From Asterias rubens (Eukaryota), in NCBI RefSeq assembly GCF_902459465.1, contig NC_047066.1:7750001-7814000 (forward strand): 64,000 nucleotides of DNA, in the 5' to 3' direction. Both the position numbers and the translations under genes were made by a program. Of this stretch, positions 59,165 to 64,000 are shown one piece after another. Each line of letters begins with the position of its first letter. Position 1 is the stretch's first letter. The notes beneath the pieces were generated by a model. The model had not been told where the DNA came from. It did not search any database and was given only the letters and a program-made list of their open reading frames with translations.

Positions 59165-60328
59165 TTAACATTCCTTTAATCACAGGTTGGGCTGGGGATT
59201 ATATGAATCAAGAGGGTTATAACCGGAACTGGACGCAAACTGATTATAAATCTACCAGTTGCCGGGACATTCATAACCGGTACCTCATGTACCCTAATAC
59301 TGAATGTACCACTTTACCACAACGTTGACAAATTCTTAAACCGTGACATTGATCTAAACGATGGTCGAAGGGACTGACTGCCCGGTCCCTAACAACTTAC
59401 AGGATATCGTTGTTAATTCCATAATATTATGGTAATAATTATGCTAATGCTCATTTTTAGACTTAATGAATCTGGATTACCGAATAAGGTAACCGATTAC
59501 TGTCTTGTGAACACTAGGCATTCCCATTCATTGTAGATGGTTAATTGTTTTATTCAAACAAGTTGTCATTAGCCTTTATGGGGTATGGTGGACACTACAT
59601 ATAATAGGAGCGCACTGTAGGATGTGGATGTATACATACAAATTTACCCGAACCTAATAGTGTTCAGAGTACTGTGTCCACCAAATCTCAAAATGGCTTA
59701 TTCCAACCCATTGATCCAATTCATCTGACGTCATCACCCATGAGAAATCTTGATAGCGCCACTTTTGTGAGTTAATTCCCCTTGTATTAGTGCATGGCAG
59801 TGCGCACATTAAATTTTGGAGCACCATTATTTTTGCATTCATTTTTGTCAGCAGAACGTGGGCAGACGGATAGTAGCGTGTGACGTCAGAGCAAGGATGT
59901 TATATCCAGTTTTGGGCAAAGCTCAGTCACGTACCATTTTATTAGATTTTTTAATTTGATTTGGTGTATTTGTATTGCACTGTAATTCCTTTCTTGAGGA
60001 AAATGAAGATAATTACATGTACAAACGCAAAGACCTACGCGAGTGTTGGGTGGGCCACCAACTCCAAATGAACGGACCATGTAAACAAATTATCATTGAT
60101 AAAAGTTTATTTCAAAATGTACAAGGACACGTACTGAGAACCAGGGCCTACTCTAATATTTTTGTATTTCTGCAAACTATTGTTCATTTTGGGAACAGTA
60201 AACCAAACTTTATTTCTTACACTGGATATTGATATACATGTAGTAAAGATAATTACCAGATACATTTTAGGATATAGACAGAGTGAATGATGCAATAATA
60301 AAATCATCTGAATAATGTAAAAACAAAA

Positions 60329-61714
60329 TCAAAGGCGCCATGGCGTCCACGAGTTGAAATTATTGTCTAAAACCCTGGCTCGTGCCCGCACTGATGAGTC
60401 CATAGTCACCCCATTTCTACACGTTTTAAACCATGGCGATTTGCCCAATTTTTTTACTCGTGTCCTGCCATCAGTCAAATGCGGAACCATGCTGCAAAAT
60501 AGTTCCGGTTTTGGCGGGAAGCGAGTGACCACACTTCTCGTCTGCTTCCATTCAAAGTACGTATTGTACATAGCGTCGTTCTTATCCAGCAAAAGCAAGT
60601 AATCCACAAGTTGTCTTACTGTATTGAAATCTCCAATGTGGATGAAAGAATTCTGCGGGGCAACTTGCTCATAATCTTCCCTTGGTGCGCCGCCAACGAC
60701 CGGTACGATGTCATGCTTGAGAGCAGTGTCCCAAAATTTTTCTGTGATGTAGTCTTGACATTCCGAGTTCGTAAGAGCCAGGTAGAATTTATATTGACCG
60801 AGAATAAGGGTGCATCTCTCGGAGCTACGACGTAGGCAGTCGATCGAACCGCACCGGCCGTATGTGTCTACTTTTACCAGCTCTCTCATCCGCTCAACGT
60901 ACTCGTTTCTCGGCCAGAAAATCTCCTCGCAGTTACTCGCCATCCACGCGATAAGCTTGCTTTTCTCTTGAGCAAAATTCCGGCTCAAAGAATTCTCAGC
61001 GGTTCTATTTGTCACGGTATAACCGAAAGGAAAGACTATGTCTGACTTCCGATTGTACGTCATCAGTTTGTGGTATTTCAAACTTGCCAACCGCATATCT
61101 TTCACCCATCTCATGGCTCTGAATGGAGATTCTGTGCTGAAGTAAATCCAAGTTTGACCGGCATGTGGTTCTTTGTTGAGCAATTCTCCCAAATTGTTGG
61201 CAAGCATTTTGGGCAACGTACCAAAGACTACAGCGTCTTTTGTTCTGAATTCGGAATAGTCCATGGAGACTGTCAGGCCTATTGTTGTGTTCATATCAGG
61301 GCAGAACACCGGGGCGTAGGTCCAATAAGTGCCGGGAATGTCTTTGGCAAATATGTCGAGCATTCCTCGTAACTCCGGGAAATCCTCCATGTTATTCAAG
61401 CTACCGTAGATGAGGAACTCTTTAGTGTTGGTGTACCGGTTCATCGCGTCTGGTGGCAGGCGGTATCTCTTGACGAACTCGCCCTTCTCTAGCCGGGGGA
61501 CACCGGGTTGATCTCGGCCTTGCGATGGGGCGAGTGAAGCGACATTGCCGACGAGGGGATTGCTCGGTTGGACTCTCTGTCTGTACCCGGAGACAACGAC
61601 ATAGACCCAGATGATTTGAGCCCCTGCACCGGCAAAGATGAGTGTCAGAATGACTGAAGGACGAAGGACTAAGCCCAGGAGCTGAGTGGACACAAACAAG
61701 ACAGGTAAAGACAT
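60329..61714 (-). CDS. Alpha-1,3-fucosyltransferase (GT10 family), about 461 aa from the first ATG
   Basis: Type II TM anchor near the N-terminus, ESP, WMASNC, VDTYGRCG, YKFYLALTNSECQDYITEKFW...VPVVGG, SFIHIGDF. The track's GTG start overlaps a possible acceptor (ctaatag, exon start 61740), so an upstream exon may exist. Confidence 0.88.
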   Translation of the reverse strand: MSLPVLFVSTQLLGLVLRPSVILTLIFAGAGAQIIWVYVVVSGYRQRVQPSNPLVGNVASLAPSQGRDQPGVPRLEKGEFVKRYRLPPDAMNRYTNTKEFLIYGSLNNMEDFPELRGMLDIFAKDIPGTYWTYAPVFCPDMNTTIGLTVSMDYSEFRTKDAVVFGTLPKMLANNLGELLNKEPHAGQTWIYFSTESPFRAMRWVKDMRLASLKYHKLMTYNRKSDIVFPFGYTVTNRTAENSLSRNFAQEKSKLIAWMASNCEEIFWPRNEYVERMRELVKVDTYGRCGSIDCLRRSSERCTLILGQYKFYLALTNSECQDYITEKFWDTALKHDIVPVVGGAPREDYEQVAPQNSFIHIGDFNTVRQLVDYLLLLDKNDAMYNTYFEWKQTRSVVTRFPPKPELFCSMVPHLTDGRTRVKKLGKSPWFKTCRNGVTMDSSVRARARVLDNNFNSWTPWRL

Positions 61715-64000
61715 AGACAATATGAAGCATCCAGTCTCCACTATTAGCTGCCAACATTATTGCCCATTTATTCGTTAGAAAGATCAGTAATTAGCATGGA
61801 CAGATTTTCGTATCCTGCCACCACTTTACACCCATTTTTACCATAGGCTTACAGGAAATAGGCTTATCCCACTTTTAAAAGTAAATTATTAGGTATGCAT
61901 AAAACTCAGTGTAATTTGAACTTATTTAGGGCGGATCAATGTATACAAAACGACGTGAGTTACACAAGAGTAAAATGAAAACTACAGAGGTCGGATACGG
62001 TATGTTTCCAGGGGTCGATTTCACAAAGGTAGTCCTAACTTATAGGACTAGTCCTAAGCAATGCTAAGAGATAGGACTGGTCCTAAGTTAGGACTGGTCC
62101 TATCTCTTAGCACTGCCTAGGACTAGTCCTAAGACTACCTTTGTGAAATACACCCCTGTTCAAATTATAAACTATTTAAAAGTTAAGGTATCCTAAAGTT
62201 AACTTAGCATTTGGGCAAGGGTATCAATTTGAAACTTACTTGTCAAATTAATAATTAAGCAAGTTTGTGCAACGAATGTGCTTGCAATCTAGTCTTGCTG
62301 TCAGTTTTTTGTTAAAGCAACCTCGTCCCCAGGTTGGATCGGGTGGTTACAAGGTTGACCGCTCTCTCACCCTGGTATTAGATCATTTGCATATCCAAAA
62401 ATGTTTAATACGTATGCAAATTAAAATAGTCTGGCTACTTTTCGTAATTCTCATCTTCGTCATAATCTCGTAGCACGGTGACCAGATTTAATGGATAAGT
62501 TTCCCTCCCAGGGTTTACTACTGTTAAATAATGGTTGAAAATAAAGTAAACCATGCATGGGGACGAGGTTGGGTTGAAAGGTGCTCGTGATGAACTTTGA
62601 GTTGTTGGTATGATCAAGTTTGCAAATTCGTACACCGAACGATCGAAGTAAAAACAACTTTTCAAAAGGCAGGCTTTCCTCGGTAACTAGACTCGGACAA
62701 ACAATGAAAAATATACATGGAAATGTCTCAACCTATATAAGACTATAGATAATTGTGGATACTTTACACGGGACACTTTTGTGCAGCTATGCAACGGGTA
62801 ATGCCAACTAGAGCTAATGGTGTTCAAACACATTTACCTTGCCAACTTTCCTTCTCAGACGAAAAAACACCATTCTCAGATCAATAATTATTCAAAGCTG
62901 GTTCCATAGAAAAGGGTCATCCAGTTTGACCATTGACTTTGGCCTATATCAACTTTGAATCGCTGTTGGCTATACAGCTGAACGTAGTGTTTTTGGCGTC
63001 CATTTTGTGCAAACCGTAATCCTGCTATATGTTTTGATCTGTATCTGTATTCAGTGTCGTTTGTTTATTATGCTCATTATAGACAGTCCAATGTCCAGAT
63101 AAGTGTGTAAACATTAGAGCACGATTAGATGCAAGTTCAAATCTCAAACAGTAGGTCTATAGTCATTGAAACGAGACTATAACCCAGTGCATGTGCGCAA
63201 CGTGCTTGTTCGTTATCAATTCGGTCAAAAAGAAATAACCAGTTAAAATACTGCAGTAACTGGCATCTTTTGAAAGTGAAAAAAGCCAAACTGAACTCGG
63301 TGCTTAAGGCCTATGGAATGATAGACTCCTCAAATTAATCTCCTTGTTCAACTTTGAGCTTGAAGGTTGACAACAATTTTGTTTTAAACTACATCGAGTG
63401 TTTAATTTTAACATCCTTTAAGGCATAGGCCTAGTTTATACTTTTGGGTTCTGGAACCGTTTGGTTGTTTTCAGCCCACATAAGTTGATGTATACAATCA
63501 AACTAACCTGTGCAAATTTAGTTTCAAAAGGTGGTTGCGCTTCTGAAATATCGTCGAAAATCCAGAGCGAATAATGTCCGCCCAGGAATACTAATCTTTA
63601 AGGAATACACAATTTGAGCAACGCTTCTCACAGATTCAAATTTTGTGGCATAAAAACTGTTATCTTTTTTACCTAAATTCTTTCGTTCTTTTCCTGCACC
63701 TGTAAAAAGTGCACATTTAATCTTTTTCTTTTGGCACCTTATCCACCTATAGCTTTGGACGTCACTTTCCCACAACATCCCAGTTAAACCCAAATGGGGC
63801 TGTAAAGGGAATTAAAGTACCAAGTACCACATTATTTTTCGGAAGTGAAATGAATATTTAAATGCTTTATGGTCGACAGCTGCTGCTGTAGACAACCAAA
63901 CGATTGTATTGGAAATAAATTTGAATAGTGATTACCAAAACGTATACTTTATAAATATCTTACAACGGGCCACTTTTTGTTAAGTTTGTAAAATCCGTCA

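Noticed and set aside
59128-59328. Short ORF after the F-box gene
   Set aside because: It begins inside a Kolobok-like element, has no recognisable domain, and is probably 3' UTR.
381-63793. ORF-track starts at GTG/TTG and intron-extended ORFs
   Set aside because: This is a eukaryotic spliced locus; the true boundaries are the splice sites listed.

Overview
Eukaryotic (animal) genomic DNA. The AT-rich introns and repeat repertoire suggest an echinoderm such as a sea star; this is inference. About 45 kb is the 3' portion of an axonemal dynein heavy chain gene on +, best matching DNAH10. I traced 48 GT-AG exons from 459 to the stop at 45711 (9600 nt, 3199 codons plus stop, all phases consistent); the 5' part of the gene lies left of the window. 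Downstream are a two-coding-exon class A peptide-type GPCR (+), an intronless F-box/LRR-like gene (+) and a GT10 alpha-1,3-fucosyltransferase (-). Introns and intergenic DNA are dense with TTAA-flanked Kolobok-like non-autonomous elements, other MITEs, tRNA-derived SINEs and LINE 3' remnants (L2, CR1-group, one REL-endonuclease element). The most notable oddities are: a minisatellite that has copied a dynein splice donor ten times; a scrambled decoy copy of an exon start; a run of 66 consecutive G/C-ending codons; two Penelope-type minimal hammerhead-like motifs; an RFX X-box in front of the GPCR; and an E-to-T change in the conserved fucosyltransferase motif. No prokaryotic features, CRISPR arrays or true tRNA/rRNA genes were found. 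I cannot claim a wholly new biological system. All family assignments come from motif recognition without database searches.
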